IMG/VR virus record: IMGVR_UViG_3300048672_001143
Location: 11,884-75,883 of that record
From: a virus
Taxonomy: Duplodnaviria > Heunggongvirae > Uroviricota > Caudoviricetes
Strand: one strand, 5' to 3'
Length of the DNA stretch: 64,000 nt
This document shows, one piece after another, positions 10,017 through 19,065 of the stretch; positions within the stretch are counted from its first letter, which is position 1, and every line of letters starts with the position of its first letter. The notes beneath the pieces were generated by a model that saw nothing but the letters and a program-made list of their open reading frames with translations, did not search any database and was not told the origin of the DNA. The position numbers and the translations under genes are program-made.

Positions 10017-10093
10017 TGGTCGGAATAGCAGGATTCGAACCTACGGCCTCACCCTCCCAAGGGGCGCGCTCTACCAAACTGAGCTACATTCCG
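10017..10093 (-). tRNA. tRNA-Pro (anticodon UGG), CCA encoded
   Basis: Manual cloverleaf: acceptor CGGAATG/TATTCCG, D-arm GCTC-AGTTTGGTA-GAGC, anticodon arm CGCCC-CTTGGGA-GGGTG, T-arm GTAGG-TTCGAAT-CCTGC, discriminator A plus CCA. Confidence 0.8.
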
Positions 10094-10387
10094 ATTCTGA
10101 AAATAATAACCCCGAAAACTTTGCACCTGGAGAAATACACAGTATCGGGGGCAGCAAGGAATGCCGGATGAGTGGCGCTGCAACGCTAGTATACTTCGAG
10201 GTGGATGTTTTCAAAAATATTTTTTAAATTTTTTATTCGCGGTTATCTGACAGAACAGGGGAGGGGTGGGTTTTTGCGTGTCGCGTGTTGGTGTTAACGG
10301 TTTCATATCAAATTACGTTGCTTATCAAAAATACGTGTTTCTGAGGGACAAACGATATCTGAGTATTAGATAACTAATCGTTTGGGT

Positions 10388-10475
10388 ATCGGTTTATTAG
10401 ATCTGATAAATCCTGCATATCGGTTTATTAGATCTGCTAAATCCTGCATATCGGTTTATTAGATCTGCTAAATCC
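10388..10475. repeat. three tandem 31-bp direct repeats ATCGGTTTATTAGATCTG(A/C)TAAATCCTGCAT
   Basis: Read directly; copies 2 and 3 identical, copy 1 has one mismatch; followed by a T6 run. Confidence 0.85.
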
Positions 10476-10721
10476 TTTTTTCTAATAGCTTGTTGCAGGT
10501 GACACGCTATTTTCTAAAAACTTTTTGCGGATATCTTTTGGGGTTGCCAGGGGTAGTCTGTGCTTCCCGCTCCCCCGATTTCCGATGGTAGTACCCAGCC
10601 TACCCCACCCCCATAAAATCAAAAAGTTGTCCGCGTTAAGCGGACTCATTATCGCTTGTTTCTTATTAGCTTGTCGCGTAGCGACTCCTTACTAGATATT
10701 ATCAATAAGCTTTAATCTTCC

Positions 10722-11345
10722 TTATTCGAGCGGAGCGAGCCGATTTTTTTCAAGCATTAAGCTCAACACATGCCATTCCCGGCCTGTTACATATCGCTCT
10801 GTAAATGCCTGCTCGTACTGTTTTAAACGTTCAGCGTATACACTAGCAGCGGCCTTTTTTCTCCACTCTTCCCGGCTCAATCTATCGCTGCGCTTGTTTC
10901 TTTCTTTCGGCCTGCGTACTTTTCTAGCCTTCTTCCGTTCATCCGATAAGCGCCAAGCGATAAACTTTAATCGATGCCCCCTTTTATCCCCCTTTGCCCT
11001 AGTTTTGGCCAGCTGATAGTTATGTTTTGTTAGCTGTATACCGACTGGCGTATCAGGAACGATAAAAGCGCAATAAAAAGCTCCGTTAGTAGCTTGTTTC
11101 AAGTGGCCGTGAGGTAAAAAGCCGTTATCTTTCAATCGGTCGCGCATTTTATACAGCAACATGTATGAATGCGTTACTATAACCGCATAACGAGCTTTTT
11201 TATACTTTTCATTATCTAATTGGTTGCTAAACAGTAGTGTAGTCATCGAATTTTTAGATTTAAGGGAGTTTGCCGGATTGGAGTTTTTAAAACTCGGGCA
11301 GAGTTTTAGCCTTAATATTACCAGAAAACCGCAAATAGCTACCAT
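10722..11345 (-). CDS. hypothetical protein, first gene of the minus-strand unit (basic C-terminal tail)
   Basis: ORF track; no clear SD at either candidate start (11345 or internal M at 11246); function unknown. Confidence 0.3.
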   Translation of the reverse strand: MVAICGFLVILRLKLCPSFKNSNPANSLKSKNSMTTLLFSNQLDNEKYKKARYAVIVTHSYMLLYKMRDRLKDNGFLPHGHLKQATNGAFYCAFIVPDTPVGIQLTKHNYQLAKTRAKGDKRGHRLKFIAWRLSDERKKARKVRRPKERNKRSDRLSREEWRKKAAASVYAERLKQYEQAFTERYVTGREWHVLSLMLEKNRLAPLE

Positions 11346-11349
11346 TCAC

Positions 11350-12165
11350 AGGTTGAAATTATCCGTTGTCTGGTAGCGTAGTCTATTGCGCTTGGCCGCT
11401 TTTTGTCCGTCCATGTCCTACGTAATCACGTTGTTTTTGTAATTTCCCCCTACGCGTATTTTTTGCGGGTACGGTTTGACCGTGTAACCCGTAAAAAATA
11501 CGCGTTGTACCGTCCGTATTTTTTACGGGTTGCTCTTCGATTGAGTTGCACTTTCGCAAGTGTCCAGGGGTAGCCGTCTTTTTGTCCTGTCGTTGTCCTG
11601 TGGTGGTGGACACAAAAAACAGCGCTAAGTTTTTGTTTTAACTCTCTTATTTTTTCTGTCCTGTCCTGTCCTGTCAAAAATAAAGATATAATAATAACAC
11701 AAAAGTATAGTAAGTATTACGTCTCTGTATAAGGATTATAAAGAAGGTATTATAAAAAAGAGTAAAGAAAATAAAAACGACTTGAGGGGGGTACCCAGGA
11801 CAGCACCCAAAAAACGCCTTTTTTCCCTTATAAATCAATAGCTTACGAGCCGTCCACCACCCAAGGACAGGAGGACAGGACAAAAAAAAGTTGTTATAAA
11901 TCAAGCACTTAAATTACCACCCCATAGCCTTCAGCGTGGCCACCCCAGGACAGAAAGGGGCTAATTTTTGCGAGTTAACTGCAAAAAAGCGAAAAACCAC
12001 AAAATAATTGCAAATAACCCGCAAAAAATACGAGTTTAGATAAAAAAGCACTTGACACACGCGCAAATTGCGCGGATAATGGAACCCGTAGACAGAGAAA
12101 CACCCAAACCGATTTTTTAACCTGCCAATTTAGGCAATTTTAACTTTTTAAAGGATACCGCAATC
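11350..12165. promoter_or_regulatory. divergent control region / candidate replication origin: inverted repeats, GTCCTGTCC/GGACAGGAC iterons, AT-rich block
   Basis: Near-perfect inverted repeat CGCGTATTTTTTGCGGG...CCCGTAAAAAATACGCG at ~11455-11515. Multiple GTCCTGTCC copies in both orientations at ~11575-11960. >80% AT block at ~11680-11790. Separates the minus-strand late unit from the plus-strand early genes. Confidence 0.55.
12052..12080 (+). promoter_or_regulatory. sigma70-type promoter TTGACA-17-GATAAT with perfect palindrome CGCGCAAATTGCGCG in the spacer
   Basis: Read directly; 85 nt upstream of the first plus-strand gene. Confidence 0.6.
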
Positions 12166-12990
12166 ATGGCCACACTTTCAGCTCGTTATAACAACAATTC
12201 AGGCCGCGCTTTAGACAATGGCACTTTGCACGCGTTAGCACCATCAATATTCGCAGAGCAGGCCGCGCACGACCGCTCGGAAAAATACACATTTATACCC
12301 ACAATTCAAGTAGTCGAAGCTTTACGTAGTGAAGGCTTTTATCCAGTGGCCGCGGCTGAATCAAAAGCCCGCAAGGAAGAAAAGCACGGTTACACGAAAC
12401 ACGTTATACGCTTCCGACAACATGACGGGTTTACAACAGTAGGCGAAACAAAGCCCGAAATTGTCTTATTGAACAGCCATGACGGCACGTCTAGTTATCA
12501 GCTAAGCGCGGGCCTTTTTCGCCTTGTTTGCTCAAACGGTTTAATTGTTGCGGATGGGGCAGCACTAGAAACTATCAAATGTCGTCATAGTGGTAATGTG
12601 GTCGATAACGTAATAGAGGGCACATATAAAATTATCGAAGAAATGCCCAACGTTTTACAAAGCGTTGAAGAAATGAAAGCGTTGATAGTACCCGAAAAAA
12701 TACAGACCGCTTTCGCTAGGCACGCGGCTGGCTTGCGATGGGATGCCGAAACAATGCCGATTGATCCAGACCGCTTAAACCGGGCAAATCGCCGGGAAGA
12801 CTTAGCGAGTGATTTGTTTACCACAATGAACCGAGTGCAAGAAAACATTATACGCGGCGGTATCCGCGGCCGTAACGCGAACGGCGGACGGTTGACCACA
12901 CGGGCAGTCAATTCCGTAACCGAAAATGTAAGATTAAACAAAGCCGTTTGGGCAATGGCGGAGGAAATAAAAACCCTATTGGCCGCTTAA
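12166..12990 (+). CDS. DUF932-like phage/plasmid protein
   Basis: LLNSHDGTSSYQLSAGLFRLVCSNGL resembles the conserved NSHDGSS core of DUF932 (from memory); first gene after the promoter; leader TAAAGGATACCGCAATCATG. Confidence 0.45.
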   Translation: MATLSARYNNNSGRALDNGTLHALAPSIFAEQAAHDRSEKYTFIPTIQVVEALRSEGFYPVAAAESKARKEEKHGYTKHVIRFRQHDGFTTVGETKPEIVLLNSHDGTSSYQLSAGLFRLVCSNGLIVADGAALETIKCRHSGNVVDNVIEGTYKIIEEMPNVLQSVEEMKALIVPEKIQTAFARHAAGLRWDAETMPIDPDRLNRANRREDLASDLFTTMNRVQENIIRGGIRGRNANGGRLTTRAVNSVTENVRLNKAVWAMAEEIKTLLAA

Positions 12991-13057
12991 ACAAACACCC
13001 GGCCATGGATGGCCAAAACTGCAAACCCTAAACGATAACTAACTAAAAGGAAATACT

Positions 13058-13222
13058 ATGTTACAGCGCGCTAAGTTTACACACGACAATAAAACCGGCT
13101 ATGTAGATAAAGAAGGCTTTGTTTTGTGGGCGGGTTTAGGCTTCCAATTTGAAGCCGCTAAAAATAACCTAAAAACAAAAATACTCGAAGCGGCCAAAAA
13201 GGCCGGTTTTTCAATCAACTAA
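13058..13222 (+). CDS. small hypothetical protein (54 aa)
   Basis: Own ORF, below track cutoff; AAAGGAAATACT-ATG leader. Confidence 0.3.
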   Translation: MLQRAKFTHDNKTGYVDKEGFVLWAGLGFQFEAAKNNLKTKILEAAKKAGFSIN

Positions 13223-13239
13223 AAACAGGATACAAAACC

Positions 13240-13431
13240 ATGAAAGCACAAATTAAAAAACCAGAACAAATTGAAAATGGCTACTTTCTAACCGATTCAG
13301 ACGAACCGCTTGATTTATTGCCGGTTCAAACATTCGAACGCGTCAACTATTCAGACTTCGACTTACCACGCCCGCGCGATCAATTCGACGAAAGCCGTGA
13401 TTGGTATTTCACCGCGTTTGATTTTCACTAA
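13240..13431 (+). CDS. hypothetical protein
   Basis: ORF track. Confidence 0.3.
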   Translation: MKAQIKKPEQIENGYFLTDSDEPLDLLPVQTFERVNYSDFDLPRPRDQFDESRDWYFTAFDFH

Positions 13432-13476
13432 CACGGGGCCGCGTTTGACCCGATACACTAACCTGGAGCCGCGCAC

Positions 13477-13647
13477 ATGGAAAACTTAACAGTAGACCAA
13501 AAAACAAAACTCGGCGCTTTAGTGATCGAATTATTAAACCTTAAAGAAAAAGGCGGGCGAATAGAAACCCGATACGGCCCAAAAACTCCGCAAGGCTTAG
13601 GTGCGACAATCGAACGCTTTATAAACGACGTGGTTAACGATGACTAA
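13477..13647 (+). CDS. small hypothetical protein (56 aa)
   Basis: Own ORF starting MENLTVDQKTKLGALVIELL. Confidence 0.3.
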   Translation: MENLTVDQKTKLGALVIELLNLKEKGGRIETRYGPKTPQGLGATIERFINDVVNDD

Positions 13648-13748
13648 ACAAAGCAATTTTTAAGCTACCCATATAGCGCCCCGGTTCAGAAAATCGCACC
13701 ACGGCGCTAAATTGGGCCTTAATTAACATTTTAAAAGGATACCTAGCC

Positions 13749-13883
13749 ATGATTTTTAACAAAGATTTAAAAAACAACGGACACCGGCACCCATTCGACG
13801 GCGGCAACGTTGTGAAAGGTTTACAGCTAGTTTTTATCGCCACAGTTTTTGCAATCGTTTTACTTGGTTGTTTAACCGCTTAA
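13749..13883 (+). CDS. small putative membrane protein (44 aa)
   Basis: Own ORF; conserved leader TTTTAAAAGGATACCTAGCCATG; hydrophobic C-terminus. Confidence 0.3.
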   Translation: MIFNKDLKNNGHRHPFDGGNVVKGLQLVFIATVFAIVLLGCLTA

Positions 13884-13897
13884 GGGGAGTTTTTAAA

Positions 13898-14050
13898 ATG
13901 GTTTTTTACGCGACACGATACCAAGCCAAAAAAGAGAATCCAAACGCTAAAATCTGCCGGATAATCGCGGGCAGTAACAAAGGGGATTTTACCGCCTTTT
14001 ATGATTGGATAACTTACAACAGTTATAAACGATCTGGATTAGTCCGCTAA
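13898..14050 (+). CDS. small hypothetical protein (50 aa)
   Basis: Start ATG at 13898 preceded by GGGGAG; inside track ORF 13868..14050. Confidence 0.3.
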   Translation: MVFYATRYQAKKENPNAKICRIIAGSNKGDFTAFYDWITYNSYKRSGLVR

Positions 14051-14076
14051 ACAACACAACACTAGGAATAAAGAAA

Positions 14077-14238
14077 ATGGCCACGATTAAAAGATATGAA
14101 TTTACTTTAACCTTATCAGGAGAAGGCGAAACAGAGTTACAAGCCTGGATAGATGTATGCGACTCGTTCAGTGTGGATTATGGGCTACCACCGAACCAAG
14201 GGGAATTAATAGAAGAGTTTGACGGGGACCTGGATTAG
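14077..14238 (+). CDS. small hypothetical protein (53 aa)
   Basis: Own ORF, AGGAATAAAGAAA-ATG; ends with the same 18-nt sequence CTGGATTAGTCCGCTAAA as the previous gene. Confidence 0.3.
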   Translation: MATIKRYEFTLTLSGEGETELQAWIDVCDSFSVDYGLPPNQGELIEEFDGDLD

Positions 14239-14298
14239 TCCGCTAAAAACCTGAAAGCCTAACAATTAACCAAAACATTTTTAAAAGGATAGCAAGCC

Positions 14299-14706
14299 AT
14301 GACCACTAAAACAGACTACAAAAGAGAAACCATAGAAGAACTGGCAAAAAATTTAATAGCGGCCGGTTATCGAGTTTTCATCAGTAAAACAGGTACGTAT
14401 GGCTTTTACACCGACAAGGAAGGGACAAAAATTATAAGTTTTCAAATGGATTTATTGAGTGTTTCGGCCAGTGGTAACTATAAGACATCAGAACCGAGCA
14501 GAACGGGAGGCGGATGGCAAATAACAGATTGCTTTAGCTGCTTTAATAGGTATCCCAGCGTAAACAAAGTAGAAGCCGATAAAGTTTTTAACGCGTACCC
14601 GCCAAGCTGGGCGCTAGGTAGCGCAACATTCAAGTACACGACACTCGAACAGCATTTAAAACAATACGGACAGTCGAGCGGGTATGTGGAATTTTTTGTT
14701 AATTGA
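14299..14706 (+). CDS. hypothetical protein
   Basis: ORF track; conserved leader TTTTTAAAAGGATAGCAAGCCATG. Confidence 0.4.
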   Translation: MTTKTDYKRETIEELAKNLIAAGYRVFISKTGTYGFYTDKEGTKIISFQMDLLSVSASGNYKTSEPSRTGGGWQITDCFSCFNRYPSVNKVEADKVFNAYPPSWALGSATFKYTTLEQHLKQYGQSSGYVEFFVN

Positions 14707-14754
14707 TACCGACTACAAAACCCTTAATCAAACATTTTTAAAAGGATAGCAAAC

Positions 14755-15528
14755 ATGGCACCGAACCAAGCCTTAAAACAAAGATTAGCAGATTATAAAA
14801 AATACGCACGCGTGGTTAACAGTGACAACTTAATAGCACGATGCATAGGCCCGGTACATGAGAAACCAATAAGCTGGCAGCAAGCGCGCCAAGAATGGCC
14901 GCTAAACAAAACCAGACCGGCAGCGCTTAAAAAAGTCGACACTACGCGCGCATTATCAGACGACAAAAGCCGATTTTTTGCCGATGCATTCGAAAAAATG
15001 CCCGGATATGTTGACCACGTTGACGCGCACGAAGTCAGCCACCGTTTACCGTTAGGCTGGTATTGTGATACTTTTCAGCACCAAACAATCAAAGCCGCGG
15101 TTATATCAATCCGGCACCCGCAAAAACTAAACACGGATAATGATAGCCACGTTTTTTATTTGGCCGGGACTTATTCAGAAGACTATGACGGCGTGACAAT
15201 TTACACTGATAAACTTTTCGAAAGTCAAAATAGCGCCGCGTATTATGCCGACAGATTGGCAGAAAAGGAAGCCGAACAATCAAGGGAAGACGATGAAAAA
15301 TTTCACGCTGAACAGAAAATTGAACAGTTAAAAGCCGATTATCACGAATTAAATATCGATGGCTTAGCCTTGATAAAAGAAATTAAACAAGCCGCGGGCA
15401 GTTTCACGCCACACATTTGCGCCACGCTGAAAAACGAAATAATGGCGACGGTTCGAGAAAAAAAGCAATTGCTAAAATCTATAAAAAAGCTAATCGAACA
15501 GCCCTGGACAATCGCAGAAAACTATTAA
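14755..15528 (+). CDS. hypothetical protein
   Basis: ORF track; conserved leader. Confidence 0.4.
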   Translation: MAPNQALKQRLADYKKYARVVNSDNLIARCIGPVHEKPISWQQARQEWPLNKTRPAALKKVDTTRALSDDKSRFFADAFEKMPGYVDHVDAHEVSHRLPLGWYCDTFQHQTIKAAVISIRHPQKLNTDNDSHVFYLAGTYSEDYDGVTIYTDKLFESQNSAAYYADRLAEKEAEQSREDDEKFHAEQKIEQLKADYHELNIDGLALIKEIKQAAGSFTPHICATLKNEIMATVREKKQLLKSIKKLIEQPWTIAENY

Positions 15529-15564
15529 TCAACACTTAACAATTCACTAAAAGGATAAAACGAA

Positions 15565-15990
15565 ATGACTACAAAAATATTTTTAGGCCGAACAGCAAGC
15601 GATTTTACAGAGTTACCAGACGAACCGCTTTTTATTGCTAAACATTCTTTTGATTGTGGTTGGTATTGGGGCTTTGGTTACATAGGTAATAAAAATTTAC
15701 ATATGCACATTGAAAGTTTGATTAATTCAAAAGTTTATAAAGCTAGTGAAATTTTTTCATCGACAAAAATAACGGATTCTGAATGGCGGATAGTTCGTGA
15801 TTTATTTATCCAAGCCTACGCCTTAAAAGCGGCCGCGGAAGTTTACCGGATAGGCGGACACCAGACAACGCGCACGGGCGTTACAGACATAATAAAAAAC
15901 CCGGATATGGCCGACAAGCTTAACGCGGATTTAAAAACGGTATTAGATACCGTATGGAATTTATTAATGGAAATTAACGCACGGAGTTAA
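15565..15990 (+). CDS. hypothetical protein
   Basis: ORF track; leader AACACTTAACAATTCACTAAAAGGATAAAACGAAATG. Confidence 0.4.
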   Translation: MTTKIFLGRTASDFTELPDEPLFIAKHSFDCGWYWGFGYIGNKNLHMHIESLINSKVYKASEIFSSTKITDSEWRIVRDLFIQAYALKAAAEVYRIGGHQTTRTGVTDIIKNPDMADKLNADLKTVLDTVWNLLMEINARS

Positions 15991-16048
15991 AACAAGGGGC
16001 CTCACGAGTTAAACAACACTTAACAATTCACTAAAAGGATAAGCGAAC

Positions 16049-16435
16049 ATGAACAAAGTAACATTACCAAAAGAAAAATACATTTCAAACGCCAAAAACT
16101 ATGACGGGGGTAAAGAACTCGTTTACAGGTTAACCGCGCTGGATTCAGAAACAGGTAAAACCTTGGTAGATATAAGGGCATGGGTATCACGTGGCAATCG
16201 CTTCGGGCCCGTTTACGCTTCAGCCTGGATAACGGATAGCGATAAAGAATTATGGTTATCGGGAAAAGGCCGCGCCGCGGGCGGTAATTACTTTAAGCGG
16301 GGCGTGGCGATACAGTTAGCAATTAAAAACGCGGGTATCCATTGCGGGGTATCCATTGAAGCGTATGGCGTCAAAGCGGCCGCGGTTGAAATTTGTAAAG
16401 CATTGGGATATCCAAAAGTATTCATTGTCGAGTAG
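16049..16435 (+). CDS. hypothetical protein
   Basis: ORF track; near-identical leader to the previous gene. Confidence 0.4.
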   Translation: MNKVTLPKEKYISNAKNYDGGKELVYRLTALDSETGKTLVDIRAWVSRGNRFGPVYASAWITDSDKELWLSGKGRAAGGNYFKRGVAIQLAIKNAGIHCGVSIEAYGVKAAAVEICKALGYPKVFIVE

Positions 16436-16444
16436 GGGGTAAAA

Positions 16445-16675
16445 ATGAGTATCGAAAACTTCACAGAGCCAACTAACATTGAACGCGCCGCGCGGATTAT
16501 AAAAGCGACAGACGAATACCTACACGAACTAGGCGAAGATATAGAAGATGCTACCGAGTACGAGTGCGCTTTCTTAGTGGCTGACATGATGCACGCGTGC
16601 AAAATCAAAAAACTCGACTTTAGCAAAGTTTTAACAATCGCTGAAAGCCATTTTCAGGAAGAGCAAGAATTTTAA
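16445..16675 (+). CDS. hypothetical acidic protein
   Basis: ORF track. Confidence 0.35.
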   Translation: MSIENFTEPTNIERAARIIKATDEYLHELGEDIEDATEYECAFLVADMMHACKIKKLDFSKVLTIAESHFQEEQEF

Positions 16676-16724
16676 AAACTAAAAACCTAACGAACCACTT
16701 TAACTTTTAAAAGGATAAAACACC

Positions 16725-17444
16725 ATGCCCGCATTTTTATTAAACATCGATAAAAACCCCAAAACAGTCAAAGGCCAGAAAAAAGGCTATTTAACCGGCA
16801 TGCTATACCTTGTCCCCGGCAATCTATCCGGGCGTAATGTTTGCCCGTCCGCGAAGCAAGCCGGATGTTTAACAGGCTGTCTGAATACCGCCGGGCGGGG
16901 GGCTTTTAATAACGTGCAAGCGGCCAGAATACGTAAAACACAGTGGCTACACAATGACCAACAAACTTTTTTAGAAAGACTTGTAAAAGATATTATTTTC
17001 TTGCAGAAAAAAGCTGAGAAACTAGGCTTAATACCTGTTGTCAGATTGAACGGGACTAGCGATATATGTTTCGAAAAAATGGGTTTTATATCGCCCCTCG
17101 ATAACAAGCACTATAAAAATATATTTGACGTATTCCCGGACATACAGTTTTATGACTACACTAAACTTCCGAACCGCCGAAATATTCCCACGAATTATGA
17201 TTTAACTTTCAGCTATTCTGGCAAGCCAGCTTATCAACGATTCATTGCGCAGGCTATAGAAAACGGTATGAGAATCGCGGCCGTATTCCGTAACGCTTCA
17301 ATGATCCCGGCGGAATTCTTAAACCGCGCAACAGTGGACGGCGACAGTTCGGACTTACGTTTTTTAGATCCGGTTAACTCAGTAGTAGCGCTATACGCAA
17401 AAGGGCGCGCTCGAAAGGATTTTAGCGGTTTTGTAGTCGGGTAA
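16725..17444 (+). CDS. conserved hypothetical phage protein with N-terminal Cys cluster (CPSAKQAGCLTGC)
   Basis: ORF track; conserved leader; family not recognised with certainty. Confidence 0.4.
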   Translation: MPAFLLNIDKNPKTVKGQKKGYLTGMLYLVPGNLSGRNVCPSAKQAGCLTGCLNTAGRGAFNNVQAARIRKTQWLHNDQQTFLERLVKDIIFLQKKAEKLGLIPVVRLNGTSDICFEKMGFISPLDNKHYKNIFDVFPDIQFYDYTKLPNRRNIPTNYDLTFSYSGKPAYQRFIAQAIENGMRIAAVFRNASMIPAEFLNRATVDGDSSDLRFLDPVNSVVALYAKGRARKDFSGFVVG

Positions 17445-17485
17445 TAAAACCTAACAACCAACCAGCGAAAAGAGGATAGGCGGAC

Positions 17486-17683
17486 ATGACTAAGAAAGAA
17501 TTAAAAAGCTTTAAGAAAGAATTAGCAATCCTACTTGAAAAATACAATGTGATGATAGGTGTTGATGTCACGGGCGACACTCACGGCGTTTCAACGAACA
17601 CCGTAATTTATGATCCAGTTAGTCAAAAAACTACAATCATAGAAGAGTATCAGTCTTACATCTGGCCGGATAGCCTGAAATGA
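17486..17683 (+). CDS. hypothetical protein
   Basis: ORF track; AAAAGAGGATAGG leader. Confidence 0.35.
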   Translation: MTKKELKSFKKELAILLEKYNVMIGVDVTGDTHGVSTNTVIYDPVSQKTTIIEEYQSYIWPDSLK

Positions 17684-17907
17684 CACAAGCCGAAAATGAA
17701 GCCCGTAGGGTAATGAAAAACATGTTTAATCGGCTAAAGTTAATTAACCGATTGCCAAAAGGTGCAACGACGGTTTATCTATTCGCAAAAAGCGTAGTCG
17801 ATGACAATGCCGCGTATTCGGTTTACGCATCAGTTTTTATAGAGTGGCACGATAATTTGGAATCGATAAAAGCCCACCGGGCTGAAAACTGGCAAGTTAA
17901 AAGCTAA
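17680..17907 (+). CDS. hypothetical protein
   Basis: ORF track; ATGA overlap with the upstream gene. Confidence 0.35.
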   Translation: MTQAENEARRVMKNMFNRLKLINRLPKGATTVYLFAKSVVDDNAAYSVYASVFIEWHDNLESIKAHRAENWQVKS

Positions 17908-17946
17908 AACAAAACCTAACAACTAACACAAAAGAGGATATCAAAA

Positions 17947-18165
17947 ATGTTTAGCCTTGAATTAACAAACGATGAAGTATACGCACTATTGAAAGCAGTC
18001 AACGAATGCAAAGCGGGTATACGAGACAAAACAAGCCGGTACGCGGTCCCGAAGCTATCTCCAATTGAGAAAAATTTCTCGATGGCATGTTATGAGCATT
18101 TAGACCGCTCACACACAAAAGCCTTAGATTTAGTGCAATCCGAAATGTTTACGGCGGGCGAATAA
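17947..18165 (+). CDS. hypothetical protein
   Basis: ORF track; AAAAGAGGATATCAAAA-ATG. Confidence 0.35.
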   Translation: MFSLELTNDEVYALLKAVNECKAGIRDKTSRYAVPKLSPIEKNFSMACYEHLDRSHTKALDLVQSEMFTAGE

Positions 18166-18404
18166 TGTCCCCCTCACAGCTTAAAAATTTACACTTACTC
18201 CATTTTCCGACTAGCACTATTTTTAACCGGGCAAATCTACGCTTTACCGGGGACAGTATGAGCAATTACGCGGTACGCAATTACGCGATAGGCTCGGGCG
18301 TAGAATGCTGGGAATTGTACCGAAAAAAGCCGGTTAAAAACGGCCAAACAGCTAGCAAGTATTTTGACAAAACAACGTATAAGCAATTGTTTTTAAATAA
18401 CTAA
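18165..18404 (+). CDS. hypothetical protein
   Basis: ORF track; translationally coupled to the upstream gene. Confidence 0.3.
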   Translation: MSPSQLKNLHLLHFPTSTIFNRANLRFTGDSMSNYAVRNYAIGSGVECWELYRKKPVKNGQTASKYFDKTTYKQLFLNN

Positions 18405-18419
18405 AAGGAATCCGAACCG

Positions 18420-18566
18420 ATGACCGTGAAAATAATTAAAAATCAACGTCAGGTTTCTAAAATACGATTGAAAAAAGTAACTATGGCAGCGCTAGGCGTT
18501 TATTTTGTTAATGGCTTTCAAGTCATTGACCGAGACGGGAACGATTTAACCGAACGTTTTAAATAA
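18420..18566 (+). CDS. small hypothetical protein (48 aa)
   Basis: Own ORF; AAAAGGAATCCGAACCG-ATG. Confidence 0.3.
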   Translation: MTVKIIKNQRQVSKIRLKKVTMAALGVYFVNGFQVIDRDGNDLTERFK

Positions 18567-18590
18567 AACCTAACACCGGGATGAAATAAA

Positions 18591-18860
18591 ATGAAAGACA
18601 ATTTACCAAAGTTAATTTTAGGAGCGGCACTAAGCTTATTTGCAGCTGGCGCCGTATGGGTTACACACAAGGCAGGAGAGGATGAAAAATACTGGAAGAA
18701 CTATAAAACAGAACACCATTGCCTCACGGTGGATAAGGAACAAGACTTCATTAGTGTGCTTCCAGTGTATACAAACGGGAATAATTTCACCATGTTCACA
18801 ACAGTACTACCGGGAAAAATCATCTATAAGTGTGATAACGAGGAAATTATTAAAAGGTAG
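18591..18860 (+). CDS. small secreted/membrane-anchored protein
   Basis: N-terminal hydrophobic segment LILGAALSLFAAGAVWV. Confidence 0.4.
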   Translation: MKDNLPKLILGAALSLFAAGAVWVTHKAGEDEKYWKNYKTEHHCLTVDKEQDFISVLPVYTNGNNFTMFTTVLPGKIIYKCDNEEIIKR

Positions 18861-18894
18861 TAAACCAAACACCACAGCAAAAGAGGTAATAGAA

Positions 18895-19005
18895 ATGGCT
18901 AAGAAAACGCTCACAATCATCGCAGTTTTAGGGATGCTTTTGTGGTACGGATTAATAGCGGGCATTAAATTTACGATAGCGCATTTTCTTCTAGCTATAC
19001 AGTAG
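18895..19005 (+). CDS. small membrane protein (36 aa)
   Basis: MAKKTLTIIAVLGMLLWYGLIAGIKF, preceded by AAAGAGG; preferred over the overlapping out-of-frame track ORF 18640..19005. Confidence 0.3.
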   Translation: MAKKTLTIIAVLGMLLWYGLIAGIKFTIAHFLLAIQ

Positions 19006-19008
19006 CAA

Positions 19009-19037
19009 TTGACACAGAGGTACCTGTGCGGTATAAT
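19009..19037 (+). promoter_or_regulatory. sigma70-type promoter TTGACA-17-TATAAT
   Basis: Perfect consensus hexamers with 17-nt spacer, read directly. Confidence 0.6.
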
Positions 19038-19065
19038 TTTATCCTGAAAATAGGAAATGCTGAAC

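Noticed and set aside
11383-11904. Track ORFs 11383..11613, 11450..11677, 11674..11904 on the minus strand
   Set aside because: They lie in a repeat- and AT-rich regulatory region and have low-complexity translations with no RBS; judged noncoding.
11560-11960. Clustered GTCCTGTCC/GGACAGGAC repeats as a possible CRISPR or minisatellite
   Set aside because: Irregular spacing, both orientations, AT-rich intervening DNA; better explained as iteron/operator sites in a control region.
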